IMG/VR virus record: IMGVR_UViG_3300031566_000036
Location: 1 to 57,421 of that record
From: a virus
Lineage: Duplodnaviria; Caudoviricetes
DNA: 57,421 bases
Direction: 5' to 3' (one strand)
The position numbers were made by a program, and so were the translations under genes. This document shows positions 26,389-37,408 of this stretch, piece by piece. The notes under the pieces were generated by a model. The model worked only from the letters and a program-made list of their open reading frames with translations. It made no database searches and was not told where the DNA came from. The first letter of the stretch is position 1, and the number at the start of each line of letters is the position of its first letter.

Positions 26389-28884
26389 TTATACTCGAGC
26401 GACTGTAATATCATAACTTTGCCAACTATCATAGCCGTCCCGAACACTATACAGCACAAATCTCAATTGTGTATTTAACTCACCGGCCGATGGTAAACCA
26501 CAATCACTCAATTCATCTGCCTCAGAATAAGTATATGTCACACCCGACAAGGCAGTCTCCGTTCTTACTAAATCATTATTCTCATCGTAAATTTTTAACG
26601 TATATGTTGTCCCCGCTTCTGGGCCAATACTTACAGCACTATGTTCTGTAATCTCAGATAGTTGCTGAAGCCTGTCGCGATGAGTCCACGTAAGCGTAGG
26701 TTGCCCCGAAAAAGATACGGGATAACTACTGCTATTGACTTTAAGATTGCCCGGCGGGTATGGCCGAATCATTCGACTTGCAAACACTGATGCGTTGCGG
26801 ACAGTCGCGTCGCCGATAGCTAATTCACCAAGTCCTGTTCGTGGAAGAATCTTTACGCCGGGTTGGTCCGCGACTGTGAACTCTCGACCAGCGATATATG
26901 ATACAGTGCCAATAAACCAAACTCTTGTAGATGCGGCATGAGCCGCGGGCACGGTATCAAGGCATCCTCTTGCAATGCTTACTTGATTGCTTGCGGCCGT
27001 GACTGTTAGAACTTTCACAATCTCATCTTCAATAATTGCCCAGTCTCCCGCAGCAACGTCGGCCAGTCCTTGTTCATCTGTCATTGTGATTGTTGCATTC
27101 GCGGCGTTCAGTAAAAGCTCTGCATCTAAAGTTCCGTTTGGAGTAAAATGTCCGCGACCGTCGCTGTTCAAATCTCCGGTTAAAGAATCTCTTAAATACA
27201 AATGATAATCATAAGCGTCTCCAGACGGTCGCTTTGCCGCCACAACTAAAAATCCACTGTCATCGTCTAATGCTTGCGCCTCTGAAAGTCCCGCGTCTAA
27301 AAGCACATCCCAAAATGTTGCTTCCATTAACATTCTGTCAGGACAAACAGCGGGCTCGTTTCGTGGGTCAGTCCAACCAGAATCAGCCGGTGTTGTATAA
27401 ATCGCCGTGCCTACTGAAAACACATCTTGAACACAATCGATTGTTAATTGGCCATCTTGAAGCGTGCCGAGATTAATTTTTAGAACACGCATAATCATTT
27501 CAGTTATACCTAATATCGCCCAAGTTACTTTGAAAGTATCTCCCGGGCGTAAAGCGCTCATTGTTCTTTTACATTTCAAACGCATCATTACCGCAAAAGA
27601 ACCCACTTGTTGGCGCTCTCTTGCGACTAATTTAGACGCTAATGTGTCATTAACAACACCTAAGTATTCAACCTCATACTCAACCCATTTTCCATTTTGC
27701 ATGTCCATTAGTGCAATGTCGTGGTTTGGAATTGATATAGGCTTATTGTGTAGCATATTCCAATATGTTAATTGAATCGCATTAATTGTTTCGTGAAATG
27801 TGCCTTGGCCATACCCCGTCATATCAACAATATCACTATCATCATAAACAGTTAAGTCACCCGCGGTATAATCATCACGGATTAATTTTATTATTACCTC
27901 ACCTGTTGTAGGCTCTTCGTATATTTTAGCATCAATGTGTCGTAAAACATCTTGTATAAATTGTCGTAATGTTTGTGTTTGACTTTCCCATTTCATACAA
28001 AGACCAAAGCCTTCAGTATAAATAGTGTCAGCGGCCGCTTCCCAAGTAGCTGCGGGTAATAGTGCCGTAGATATTTTAAGACCCCAATCTTGATTCGTTA
28101 AGCACTCTCGTATGATATGAATTACGTTTAGTGAATTACTTATGTCCGCTTTTGCTATATACCATTGAGCGGAACCATCAGTTAATAAGTCTGTTCTTTT
28201 AACTAAAAACTTCCAAGGCTTAAGGTACGGCGACGTGCCTAATCTCACTTGCTGTAAAGTCGCTGAAGTTAATCCCCTATACGCAGAAACATCTGCGCCT
28301 AATTGAGTAACAAGATAAGCATTCTGAGTCTGGTCAGATTCGCCATAATTAAAAGTGACCGTTCCTACAACTCCTCCCTCTTTATCTTCGCCGCCAAATA
28401 AATTGGGCTCATCAATAACTGCGGAAGCCGCGATGTCTGCGTTCAAAACTGTATGGTCAGATGAGTCAGGCCAAACTACGGAGTCACCAACTTTCATTTG
28501 CTTAACGCCATCATAAACGCCTTGACACAATATTAAATTCATGCCAGCTGCATAATGATAACCAATAGTATAATAAACTCTCTTGTTGTTAAACCATTTG
28601 TTGACGGTGTAGTGCCGAACGATTGCTGACGTAGAAATGTCACCCCACCAATCAATCAAAGGATTCTCTATCCAATTTGTTCCAAAGCCAATAGTGTATT
28701 TTGTGCCCTCTCTTTGAGTTGGCATAGAGAAGTCATCGGGTTTAACACTCGGTGGTTTTGGGTCTTTTTGAGTCATTTGACTTATCGCAAATGAAATGGC
28801 CGCAGTCGCTGCCATTAACGCTACATAAGTCCAAAAAATAGCATCGTCAATTCCAAATATAGCTAAGATGTTTTCATTTATCAT
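26389..28884 (-). CDS. Tail tip / central tail protein
   Basis: 831 aa; LFGGEDKEGG..G, AYRG, HIIRECLT..WG, RG..DT.PA.H. Last gene of the tail module. Confidence 0.8.
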   Translation of the reverse strand: MINENILAIFGIDDAIFWTYVALMAATAAISFAISQMTQKDPKPPSVKPDDFSMPTQREGTKYTIGFGTNWIENPLIDWWGDISTSAIVRHYTVNKWFNNKRVYYTIGYHYAAGMNLILCQGVYDGVKQMKVGDSVVWPDSSDHTVLNADIAASAVIDEPNLFGGEDKEGGVVGTVTFNYGESDQTQNAYLVTQLGADVSAYRGLTSATLQQVRLGTSPYLKPWKFLVKRTDLLTDGSAQWYIAKADISNSLNVIHIIRECLTNQDWGLKISTALLPAATWEAAADTIYTEGFGLCMKWESQTQTLRQFIQDVLRHIDAKIYEEPTTGEVIIKLIRDDYTAGDLTVYDDSDIVDMTGYGQGTFHETINAIQLTYWNMLHNKPISIPNHDIALMDMQNGKWVEYEVEYLGVVNDTLASKLVARERQQVGSFAVMMRLKCKRTMSALRPGDTFKVTWAILGITEMIMRVLKINLGTLQDGQLTIDCVQDVFSVGTAIYTTPADSGWTDPRNEPAVCPDRMLMEATFWDVLLDAGLSEAQALDDDSGFLVVAAKRPSGDAYDYHLYLRDSLTGDLNSDGRGHFTPNGTLDAELLLNAANATITMTDEQGLADVAAGDWAIIEDEIVKVLTVTAASNQVSIARGCLDTVPAAHAASTRVWFIGTVSYIAGREFTVADQPGVKILPRTGLGELAIGDATVRNASVFASRMIRPYPPGNLKVNSSSYPVSFSGQPTLTWTHRDRLQQLSEITEHSAVSIGPEAGTTYTLKIYDENNDLVRTETALSGVTYTYSEADELSDCGLPSAGELNTQLRFVLYSVRDGYDSWQSYDITVARV

Positions 28885-29681
28885 AATTCAATATTCTTTT
28901 CAAATGGACTATCGACTGCTAAAAATTCATTTCCCCCAAAGTTTAGTTTATTATCAAATCTTGCTTTACAAGTTGCCGGTGTATGGTCACAACCTGCGTA
29001 AGCTATAAACGCGTCACCCGCTGCGGCGGAAACAAAAGCTCTATCAACAGTCACGGTATTTGTTGCGTGTGCAATAATTAAGCGAGTAGCTGTTCCTATT
29101 TTTAATTTTCCACCAAGAAAATAGCCATCTGATTCAGTTGCGAATTGACTACTTGTAATAACGGTGGACGCCACGATAGACACCGTGCCAGTCACTTTAT
29201 AACTTTCTTGATTGATTAAGCACCCAGTCTTATATAGTGCGTGATTGCACAAGCGACTACATCGCCTACGGTGTCCTAATCTAAATCTGCTTGTTAAAAC
29301 GTTATCAAACCTACAGGTGGGAACGCCGTCTTTATCAAATGAAATGAAAGACATGTAGCCGCTCCAAATCTTAGCATAGTTCGCGACATGCTGTCTATAA
29401 ATATTTAATGATACTAATGAATCAATTGGACCCGATATAAAATCGTTCGTGAAGTCGTAGCCTCTACTAAGTTCCAAGCTCACTACATTATCATCTTCAA
29501 CCTCACCACCTATTATAATCTCGGACCGTTTAATCATCCCAGCCGTGTACGTATTTCCAATGTAAGTAATATCATCAGCAGAGGTATTTAATCGCCAATG
29601 CTCGCCGTCACTATTATAAATATCAAATTGCTCTATGGGAATTCCATCAGCGGCACTAATCTCGTAGTCTTGATAAGCCAT
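28881..29681 (-). CDS. DUF2163/BR0599-family tail protein
   Basis: C..C.HALY..GC and C-terminal AGCDHT..C..RF.N.LNFGG. Confidence 0.85.
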   Translation of the reverse strand: MAYQDYEISAADGIPIEQFDIYNSDGEHWRLNTSADDITYIGNTYTAGMIKRSEIIIGGEVEDDNVVSLELSRGYDFTNDFISGPIDSLVSLNIYRQHVANYAKIWSGYMSFISFDKDGVPTCRFDNVLTSRFRLGHRRRCSRLCNHALYKTGCLINQESYKVTGTVSIVASTVITSSQFATESDGYFLGGKLKIGTATRLIIAHATNTVTVDRAFVSAAAGDAFIAYAGCDHTPATCKARFDNKLNFGGNEFLAVDSPFEKNIEL

Positions 29682-31363
29682 TATGCTATTACCCTCGTGA
29701 AGTTAGTCCTACAAATGAGAGTCCCAGGTTCCACCCATTCCATTTCAACGTTGTCCTCTGTTAGTCGACATTTGTCTAACATAGAAATAACACAGTCGCC
29801 GACTTCTAATTCTACGCCTAAAGCGCTACTAAATCCGATTATTTCTTCATCACCCGATGTTGTGATTCCCGTAATTTCTCTAAAGTATTGAGTACCATCT
29901 GAAAGTGTAAAAGCAATATGCGTTCTTAAGGTATTGAGCGTCATATTCCGCGCCCAACCAACGTTAGCGACTGTCACCTCAGTTTCAGCGGCGCCTAACG
30001 TTTGCGTTTGTTGGAAGTCATTCTTATCGCTTACTATCCAAACTGGATTCCTTCGGCCATATAAGTAATGTAAAAACTCTCTGAACGCCCACACCTTTGC
30101 TTTAGTATCCGACCTAAATATATGCCTTTGAGTATATTTATTAAAGTCACTATCTGAAAACATCGTAAATGAATCAATGCCGTACTCAATGAAATGACTT
30201 TCACTATCAACTGAATTCTCCAAACCATCTTCAACTAAAGTAGCTGGGAGTACCGGTAGCCCTTCGTACTCAGTTGGAGCAGAATAAGTAGTGATTAATT
30301 TATTATCTTTAATAATAAAAACACCTTTGAAATGTCCGAACGTGTCGGTGTCTATGTCCCATGGAGCAGGTCCAATCATATACCCGATTCGTAATGGCAT
30401 AATCCATTTTAAACCCGTCCAACTATTCAAGACTGGTGTTTCTAATGTGAGACTGGCATCGGCGACAGTTGCGATTTTAATCGACTCATAAGAGTCAAAA
30501 CTCTGCCAAATAATTGCATAACTATCGTCTCTAAAATCCGCATTAGTTGTATCAAGATTTATTACAGTATCATCTACATCAATGTCCGCAGTATGCTCTT
30601 CTACTTCGCCCCATATAGGAACGCCCCAAGTTCTTTTCATCCATTGAAATAACAACGCGTCTAATCGAGCCTGCTCTTGCTCGGTTTTTAATAAGCTATT
30701 AAATTGAAAACGTTGGCGAGGCGTGGGCCGAATCGTCATTCGCTGCTCTGAACCGTCTTTCGATGTGATTATATCAGTTAAGCACTCAAGCCCTTCTAAT
30801 AACGGCAGTGACGGTTCAAAAGGAAAAACCGCAACCCGTGTTCCCGTCATTGTTAAAACAAGAGTCTCACTCGTTAATGTAAAAGTAATTGTCGCAGAGA
30901 ATTCCGTTGCACCGATTTCTGAAACTTCAACCGTGAAAACTTTACTGCCAAGTGGAGCGATACTAAAAGGCGTTACTTCTGGGTCAAGTGTATATTCAGT
31001 GGCATTAGTTTTTACAATAGCCGAGCATGAAATAATATCAAACCAAGCATTCCATAAAGTAAACTCTTCTTCAACGGTGGCTACGATAGAGCCGAAAGCG
31101 ATGGGCGTTGTTATCATGTGCGTGCGATAATAATAATCATCCAAAAAGGAATCAACTTTAGTTCCAGTCCAAACAGTTTCGTTTTCACTTTGCTCAACGA
31201 ATGCATAATCACTTTCGGCTATTGGGTCAAACGTAGCAATTTCTGTAGGTGGAAACGCAGGCGGACCTTTTTCTGCCGCTTGTATCGTGCTTGATACACT
31301 TGCGTTCCAAGCCGCTTCTATGCTACTTGGGGCTTCAACTAATGTCCCAGTATAATTTGCCAT
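29681..31363 (-). CDS. Distal tail / virion structural protein
   Basis: E.L..LTD....DG.EQR..R..PR motif; synteny. Confidence 0.7.
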   Translation of the reverse strand: MANYTGTLVEAPSSIEAAWNASVSSTIQAAEKGPPAFPPTEIATFDPIAESDYAFVEQSENETVWTGTKVDSFLDDYYYRTHMITTPIAFGSIVATVEEEFTLWNAWFDIISCSAIVKTNATEYTLDPEVTPFSIAPLGSKVFTVEVSEIGATEFSATITFTLTSETLVLTMTGTRVAVFPFEPSLPLLEGLECLTDIITSKDGSEQRMTIRPTPRQRFQFNSLLKTEQEQARLDALLFQWMKRTWGVPIWGEVEEHTADIDVDDTVINLDTTNADFRDDSYAIIWQSFDSYESIKIATVADASLTLETPVLNSWTGLKWIMPLRIGYMIGPAPWDIDTDTFGHFKGVFIIKDNKLITTYSAPTEYEGLPVLPATLVEDGLENSVDSESHFIEYGIDSFTMFSDSDFNKYTQRHIFRSDTKAKVWAFREFLHYLYGRRNPVWIVSDKNDFQQTQTLGAAETEVTVANVGWARNMTLNTLRTHIAFTLSDGTQYFREITGITTSGDEEIIGFSSALGVELEVGDCVISMLDKCRLTEDNVEMEWVEPGTLICRTNFTRVIA

Positions 31364-32364
31364 TACACTTCTTTCAAAAAAGCAAATCCGCAGTACAGAT
31401 TCAATGAGTCACCTTCAAGACTATCTGCGTGAAATATTTTCCACGTGTCACTACCATATACAACCTCTTGTCCGGCTGAATAATTAGTGCAGTTTAAGAA
31501 TCTTACACCTGCGGGCCAACCCAATAAAGAATAGTTATCATCGCTTCTTTTGCCAAACACATAAATGGGACACGCCGCTGCTAAACTGTTATAAAAATTA
31601 GGTGACTTTGACCAGAACATAGAAGCCATGCCACTTTTTGAATAATCGCTATTGCCTGTTTGTCCCGCAACACAAGGGAATGCGATTTCGCCCGCATCGT
31701 TGTTCGCCATTCTCCAATCTGCCACGCTATCCATATCAACGTAAACGGCTCCATGAGGATAACCGCTTGGATTAACTGTAAAGTAACTCGGTTGATACCA
31801 ATTACTTGGGCCATTATTCCAATCGCCATAAGGTGTCCTACTTGAAAATGAAGCGGAGTAAAACTGACCGCCAGTATATAAGCCTTGTTTTTCTAAACAG
31901 CCAAAGCTCATAAATTGGAATTTGCCAGAAGTGACTTCAACACAAATATTTACAGTGTTCTCAACTGCAAAAAAGTAATAAGCAGGAATAGCAGATATTG
32001 ACATTTGGGTCATGCAGTTGCCACAAGCGAGATTGCTATAATTAAGATTCAAAGGATACACTGTTTGCTTATCCCAGTCTTCTGCCACATTGTAGCCGGT
32101 CGAACCATTTATTATTATGCCCGTAACTTTTCCATCAGCAGAGTCTTGATTATCTTGTGTTAATAGCGAACCACTTTCATCGACAGCAGAACGAAAATTA
32201 AAATACATCTCTGTAGATGAACTTGCTGATTTTTGAACGTGCAGTCGGTAGCCCGTGCCATTAGCCGTATAAAGATTTACAGTCCATCCTTCAGCCAAAA
32301 GAAAAACTCTCAGCTTGTCTAATAAATCCGTAGGGCCGGTCGCTGTTCCTGTTTGATAACCCAT
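31363..32364 (-). CDS. Virion structural (tail) protein
   Basis: MGYQTGTA..DLL..L start; paralogous to the next gene. Confidence 0.7.
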   Translation of the reverse strand: MGYQTGTATGPTDLLDKLRVFLLAEGWTVNLYTANGTGYRLHVQKSASSSTEMYFNFRSAVDESGSLLTQDNQDSADGKVTGIIINGSTGYNVAEDWDKQTVYPLNLNYSNLACGNCMTQMSISAIPAYYFFAVENTVNICVEVTSGKFQFMSFGCLEKQGLYTGGQFYSASFSSRTPYGDWNNGPSNWYQPSYFTVNPSGYPHGAVYVDMDSVADWRMANNDAGEIAFPCVAGQTGNSDYSKSGMASMFWSKSPNFYNSLAAACPIYVFGKRSDDNYSLLGWPAGVRFLNCTNYSAGQEVVYGSDTWKIFHADSLEGDSLNLYCGFAFLKEV

Positions 32365-32368
32365 TACT

Positions 32369-33406
32369 TTACTCCTTTTTTATAGCCCAAAAATCACCTC
32401 TGGAGGCATTCGCAACTATTGGAAATACGATATAAGTTTCACCGTTTATTGTTAAAGTATCCTCGGCCGCAAGACCACCATATCCCGGTACGGCATAGCA
32501 GCCTTGCAACTCTCCAAATATATGATTATTCGGATTATTCATTGTCATAATTAAAGGAAACACGGGATATGAGCCGTCAATGTTTTCTCTTAAACTGTTA
32601 GTGAATATATTATCCGGACCATAAGAAGTATTCTCTGAAGATATATATGGCCAGACATTATTATCATTATATAAAGTTGATCCTTCCCTTCCTTTCATTC
32701 TTATCCAAGAAGTTCCTTGCATCACTTTTAATGTAGAATAATAACCTGTAATATCAAATGTTCCCTGTACTATCACACCCTCTGCATTAGCGTATGGATT
32801 TGGGAATGCTCGATGATCTGTCGCAACTGAACTATATCTATGATTCGCCACCGTGCTTATAGGGCATGCACTTCCACCAACAACCATCGGATACGGGAAT
32901 TGGGTCGGCAGTCCATAGGGCAAAGCAAAGCCTTGATATAAGCATTCATACACGCTGGAGATTTTAGCAACAACAACATATCTTCTGCCATTGCCTAAGA
33001 ACCAATACGGGATAGGATTTTCCCACATTAACATTCTTGGCAAACGACCTTGTGTCACGCCCGGCTGTAGAGAAATATCAACACCAGACGAATAGCCGGT
33101 CATCGCGGCCATACGCCAATTATAATAATCATCGCCGACATCTGAGTAGGTGTCAATCCAAGTATAAATTTCATCAACACCAGAGGTGCCAGGACCATGT
33201 GCAAACATTTCAGCTTCGCTGACGGCAGTATAACTATCAATCGTCCAAGCTTGTGAACTTCCACCGGAAGCAACGTCATCGTCAATTGCTACAAGCTCAT
33301 CCATATCAGGATGGTCACCAATTACTCTCGCGGGGTCACTGATAAAGTCTTTTAACCGTTCTAACAAATCGAGATAACCATCAGCTGTTCCAATTTCGTA
33401 AGCCAT
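32369..33406 (-). CDS. Virion structural (tail) protein
   Basis: MAYEIGTA..DLL start; PYGLPTQFPYP; GELQG; follows the tape measure gene. Confidence 0.7.
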   Translation of the reverse strand: MAYEIGTADGYLDLLERLKDFISDPARVIGDHPDMDELVAIDDDVASGGSSQAWTIDSYTAVSEAEMFAHGPGTSGVDEIYTWIDTYSDVGDDYYNWRMAAMTGYSSGVDISLQPGVTQGRLPRMLMWENPIPYWFLGNGRRYVVVAKISSVYECLYQGFALPYGLPTQFPYPMVVGGSACPISTVANHRYSSVATDHRAFPNPYANAEGVIVQGTFDITGYYSTLKVMQGTSWIRMKGREGSTLYNDNNVWPYISSENTSYGPDNIFTNSLRENIDGSYPVFPLIMTMNNPNNHIFGELQGCYAVPGYGGLAAEDTLTINGETYIVFPIVANASRGDFWAIKKE

Positions 33407-36231
33407 TATATGATTCCTTTTCTTCGTAGGAAATTCGTATATATTTTTTCGCCTGCGTCACTTGACATTGCTGCAAGAGCCTCATCTTGTGTCAATACAT
33501 TTACAACTTTTAACTTATTCACAACGGGAGCACTGGACTGTTGCTGCGCTTTAACACCTAATTTTCCATCAGCGCCACGTGACAGTGGCATCACTGCCTC
33601 GGGGCCAGCTTCACCCATTAAAGCCATTGGCGAAAGTGTAGGCCCATCGGTGACAAAACCATTCGCCATGGGAACTACTTTGCCAAGATTAAACATAGCA
33701 CCCATTGCATATTTACCAGTATTCAAAAAGTTTTGGCCTGTCGCTTCAGTTCCCGGCGTCCCTGCACTACCGGCAGCCGCAGGATTAAGCGCGCCAATCG
33801 CGGCCATTAACATTTTAGCTAACATCATCTTAATAATCATTTTATTAAGTTCGCCTAAAACACCCGCGACAAAACTTTTGAAGTTCGCAGTTCCGGTTGT
33901 TGCTAAGTCATTTAACGTGTTCGTTAAACCATCCAATGCTCCAACGGCTACATCTCCAAGATTTGCCCATAAGTTTGTAGCGTCACTTAACCATTGTTCT
34001 ATTTTTACGTTAAACGCTGAGACTCCGCGTTGACCCTCTTGAATTTCCTTTAATTTCTCAGCGTATAAATCCATCATAGCATTAAGTTGACGTTGACCTT
34101 CAACTGTTTTTAATATCTCAATACCAATCATTCTTTCAACAACTACTTGATACTCAGCCATCTTTACGGCGCGTTCACGCTCTTCTGGAATTTTGCCAAG
34201 TAAAGTTAATTCAAAATCTAATTCTTTGTTTAGTTGCTCAATGTTACGAGACGCTTCTAATGCTACGACTTCTTGTAACGCGTCCTTGTACTCTTTTAGT
34301 TTTTTGTTTACCCACTCTTGATTGTCAGGACTCTCGGCTAACGCTGCGTTTTGAAATGTGATTATATCCGTAGCGCGTTCGCGTAGTTCATTTCCTGCAA
34401 GCAGTAAAGTTTTTTCTTCTTTTAATGCAGCCATCATGTCTTTCATAATCTGGCTGCCAGCCTCGCCTTCAGCCTTTTGAACTGCTGAAGTAATAACTTG
34501 TTGGTCAACAACGCTTTGGTTGTAGTCATCAATTAATGCGAGACGTGCTTTTTCTTGTGTTAGTAAAATTATGTTATTTTCTATTTCTTGTTCTTTTGCT
34601 CTTTGCATTCGACCAACTGATGAACCCGTATCTTGACCATCCTTGATTATTTCTGGTATTCCGGCATACTCTGACATCTCGAACATTGGTTTTGCTTGTT
34701 TTGGTAACAGTTTATCTGCATTAGTTCGGATAATGCCCATCACTTCTCGGATACTTGCATACCCAGAGAGCACCTCTTTTATTCCTTGTACATAATCATC
34801 CCAATATCCGTCCCAACCTTCTCTAAAAGTTTTTGATTCTCCTGTAAGTACTTTCATCTCAGCTGCAATCGCACCTATATATCCCGCTATAGCAACGAAA
34901 GTAAGAGAAGCAGGTAACACCATAGAGCCCCAGAACAATTTTGCTGCCGCCGTTGCGCCTATCATTATACTCTTAATGCCTAAAATTGCAAACCCTAATT
35001 TTGAAAGGACAATTAATACTGGACCAATCGCAGCAGTGACACCGACGAGTCTAATTATGTACAGTTTTGTAGTATCACTTAGTTCCATCCACCATGTTGA
35101 TGCAGCTTTAAGATGCTCGCCCATTTTCAAAACGACTGGAGCTAACGTTGCACCAATGTCTTTTGCAACACCTTTTATATGATGCCAAGCAATTATCATT
35201 TGAGCTGTAAACGACTTTAAGTTCGCGGTCGCTAGCGCTTGCGTTCGACCACCTGCATTATTTAATCGCTCACCCCAGTTTCGAATCTCATCCGACATTC
35301 CAAGCAATGGAAGAATAACTTGTTGAGACCGCGCTGCGAATCCCAACATATCTAACGTTGCACTTTTTGTTTTAGCCGACATGCCTCCAAGAAGTACAGT
35401 CATGTCACCAATAACATCAGCAAGTGGTCTGAGATTTCCAGTTTCAACGTCGTATAATTCAAGACCGTATTTTTTCCATTCTGCGGCATTTTCACGAGCA
35501 CCCATCATCATAAAACGTAACATACGACCAAATGCAGAACCAGCCTCTGAACCTTTAATATTTTGCTTAGCATACGCGGCTAAAATTGCAGTACCTTCTT
35601 CGAGTTGAATACCCCAAGTTTTCATCGCTGCAGCTGCTTCATTTGTTAAAGCTTCAGCAAATTGAGAAATAGTTGCTTGTGATAATTCGTTAGCAGCAGT
35701 AAGTACATCTGTTACTCGTGTTAAGTTCTTTAAGTTTACTTCAGCATCTTTTGAAGTTAAAGCAAGTGCAGCCTGTGAACCAACAGCCATTTCTGTCGCT
35801 TGACTTAAATCAAAACTACCTGCTGTTGCGAAACGTTCAACAGCCGAAAGAGCCGTCATTGATTGTGTTGCGTTAAGTCCAGCTGAACCTAAGTAAAAGT
35901 AGGCTTTTGCTAAATCGGTCGAAGACTGTGTTGACTTTTTCGATAGCGCTCCGGCAGTCTGTTCCATCTTCTTTCGCATCTCATCAGACACGTCGCCGTA
36001 TAATGCGAGCGACTTTGTCATTGCATCATCGAAACTCGCGAACGCTTTAACTGAAGCAGCAGCTAATCCCACTAAGGGGAGAGTAACTCGCATAGTCATC
36101 GTTCGGCCAGCACGCCCCATTGCTTCAGACGTGGCACGCAACTTTTTCTCTGCCGTGTTTAGCATTGAAACAAACTGCGTACCATCCAAACGAAGATGCG
36201 CGATTAAATTACCGAGGTCCATTGTTGCCAT
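33406..36231 (-). CDS. Tail tape measure protein (TP901-like core)
   Basis: 941 aa, Ala-rich helical; IKGSEAG; C-terminal MGEAGPEAVMPL. Confidence 0.92.
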   Translation of the reverse strand: MATMDLGNLIAHLRLDGTQFVSMLNTAEKKLRATSEAMGRAGRTMTMRVTLPLVGLAAASVKAFASFDDAMTKSLALYGDVSDEMRKKMEQTAGALSKKSTQSSTDLAKAYFYLGSAGLNATQSMTALSAVERFATAGSFDLSQATEMAVGSQAALALTSKDAEVNLKNLTRVTDVLTAANELSQATISQFAEALTNEAAAAMKTWGIQLEEGTAILAAYAKQNIKGSEAGSAFGRMLRFMMMGARENAAEWKKYGLELYDVETGNLRPLADVIGDMTVLLGGMSAKTKSATLDMLGFAARSQQVILPLLGMSDEIRNWGERLNNAGGRTQALATANLKSFTAQMIIAWHHIKGVAKDIGATLAPVVLKMGEHLKAASTWWMELSDTTKLYIIRLVGVTAAIGPVLIVLSKLGFAILGIKSIMIGATAAAKLFWGSMVLPASLTFVAIAGYIGAIAAEMKVLTGESKTFREGWDGYWDDYVQGIKEVLSGYASIREVMGIIRTNADKLLPKQAKPMFEMSEYAGIPEIIKDGQDTGSSVGRMQRAKEQEIENNIILLTQEKARLALIDDYNQSVVDQQVITSAVQKAEGEAGSQIMKDMMAALKEEKTLLLAGNELRERATDIITFQNAALAESPDNQEWVNKKLKEYKDALQEVVALEASRNIEQLNKELDFELTLLGKIPEERERAVKMAEYQVVVERMIGIEILKTVEGQRQLNAMMDLYAEKLKEIQEGQRGVSAFNVKIEQWLSDATNLWANLGDVAVGALDGLTNTLNDLATTGTANFKSFVAGVLGELNKMIIKMMLAKMLMAAIGALNPAAAGSAGTPGTEATGQNFLNTGKYAMGAMFNLGKVVPMANGFVTDGPTLSPMALMGEAGPEAVMPLSRGADGKLGVKAQQQSSAPVVNKLKVVNVLTQDEALAAMSSDAGEKIYTNFLRRKGII

Positions 36232-36234
36232 TAG

Positions 36235-36573
36235 TTACTTTCGTTTAATGCCTAAGAATCCTAACCATCTACTTTTTGAAGCTTCTGTTTTCTGCTCTAA
36301 CTTTTGCTTAACAAGAGTTTTTTCATCTACGAACTTAATTACGAAGTCACTCACCTTTGTCTTTCGTATTTCTGACTGCTTAATCCATGAGCGTCGAACT
36401 TCAGCCGTAAGCTGTGCAATGTACATGTAAAGTGCGCTAAATCTATTCGGCTCTTCATTTAAGTATACAATCCAGTCAGTAAATTCTAATGAGCTCGTAG
36501 TCCGTTTTACATATTGAATAGGTGAATGAAGATGAGAGGCTAAACGGAACCAGCTTAACCTCTCACCCGTCAT
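36235..36573 (-). CDS. Tail assembly chaperone, frameshift extension (gpT equivalent)
   Basis: Lies in the -1 frame relative to the upstream chaperone, just before the tape measure gene. Confidence 0.75.
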   Translation of the reverse strand: MTGERLSWFRLASHLHSPIQYVKRTTSSLEFTDWIVYLNEEPNRFSALYMYIAQLTAEVRRSWIKQSEIRKTKVSDFVIKFVDEKTLVKQKLEQKTEASKSRWLGFLGIKRK

Positions 36574-36914
36574 TCGTTTTTTGCTTCTTCCTTCGACTTC
36601 TCAGACAAACCGTTAATGTCTTGAGCTGCATCAAATAAAGCACTTAGGACTACTGCTGGAAACTTTGATACCTCTGCTTCGGGAACCTGCTTACCTTCTG
36701 AATCAAGCAAGCACATACTGACGAGCTTCGACTGCACACCCGTGAACTTTTTGGTCTTTCCTTCGCCCATTCTTTCGTTGACAAAGTCAAACCACTCGTC
36801 GCGTCGTTGACCGTCGAAACCCGACAGTACATAATTTTTTGGTATGCCATCTTTGTCTGTTAAAGTCACAGGGTTAAACGGTAATACTAACGAAAAATCT
36901 AATGCCTTACTCAT
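36570..36914 (-). CDS. Tail assembly chaperone (gpG equivalent)
   Basis: Between tail tube and tape measure genes; ends EAKNE over A AAA AAC. Confidence 0.8.
   Translation of the reverse strand: MSKALDFSLVLPFNPVTLTDKDGIPKNYVLSGFDGQRRDEWFDFVNERMGEGKTKKFTGVQSKLVSMCLLDSEGKQVPEAEVSKFPAVVLSALFDAAQDINGLSEKSKEEAKNE
36576..36582 (-). other. -1 programmed ribosomal frameshift site A AAA AAC
   Basis: GCA AAA AAC GAA TGA; a -1 slip reads on into R-M-T-G-E-R of the next ORF. Confidence 0.8.
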
Positions 36915-36945
36915 CTTACTAAATCCTTTCCAATATTAAAGTGGG

Positions 36946-37389
36946 TTATGCTGCCGCAGTGTAATCAGGTGCCGTCTCTACACCGGCGTCAGTCTGATTG
37001 CTCGGGACAATTGTTACTGTCGCTGTAGGTTGCTCGCCTTCAACGATGTTGCCCGGTATGAACTTATCAAGCCATCCGTAAAAGGCTACAGTCGATGTGT
37101 CCGGGAACGTGATAGTAATAAGCTGGTTATCTTTAATCATGTCTACAATATCATCGTAGAACTTCGCGTCGTAGCTTACGACTAAGGTCATCGGCGTCAT
37201 TGTGATAAGTTTCTTTGGTGCCTTTGTTCTGTACAAAGTGTTTCTCATCGTCGTTGTGTCAGTTTCGCCGCCAGCGTCCATCCCAGGAGGAGTTATTTCT
37301 TTCTCCCAAAACGTTATGCCGGGGCCTGTTCCACTTCCTTGGTCTCCGAACGCGATAGTCGTTGCGAAGCCGTCATCAATTCTACTCAT
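36946..37389 (-). CDS. Major tail (tube) protein
   Basis: ITPPG.D.G..DTT, ITITFPD..F.G; synteny. Confidence 0.8.
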   Translation of the reverse strand: MSRIDDGFATTIAFGDQGSGTGPGITFWEKEITPPGMDAGGETDTTTMRNTLYRTKAPKKLITMTPMTLVVSYDAKFYDDIVDMIKDNQLITITFPDTSTVAFYGWLDKFIPGNIVEGEQPTATVTIVPSNQTDAGVETAPDYTAAA

Positions 37390-37408
37390 TTGTAATTCCT
37401 TTCAAAAA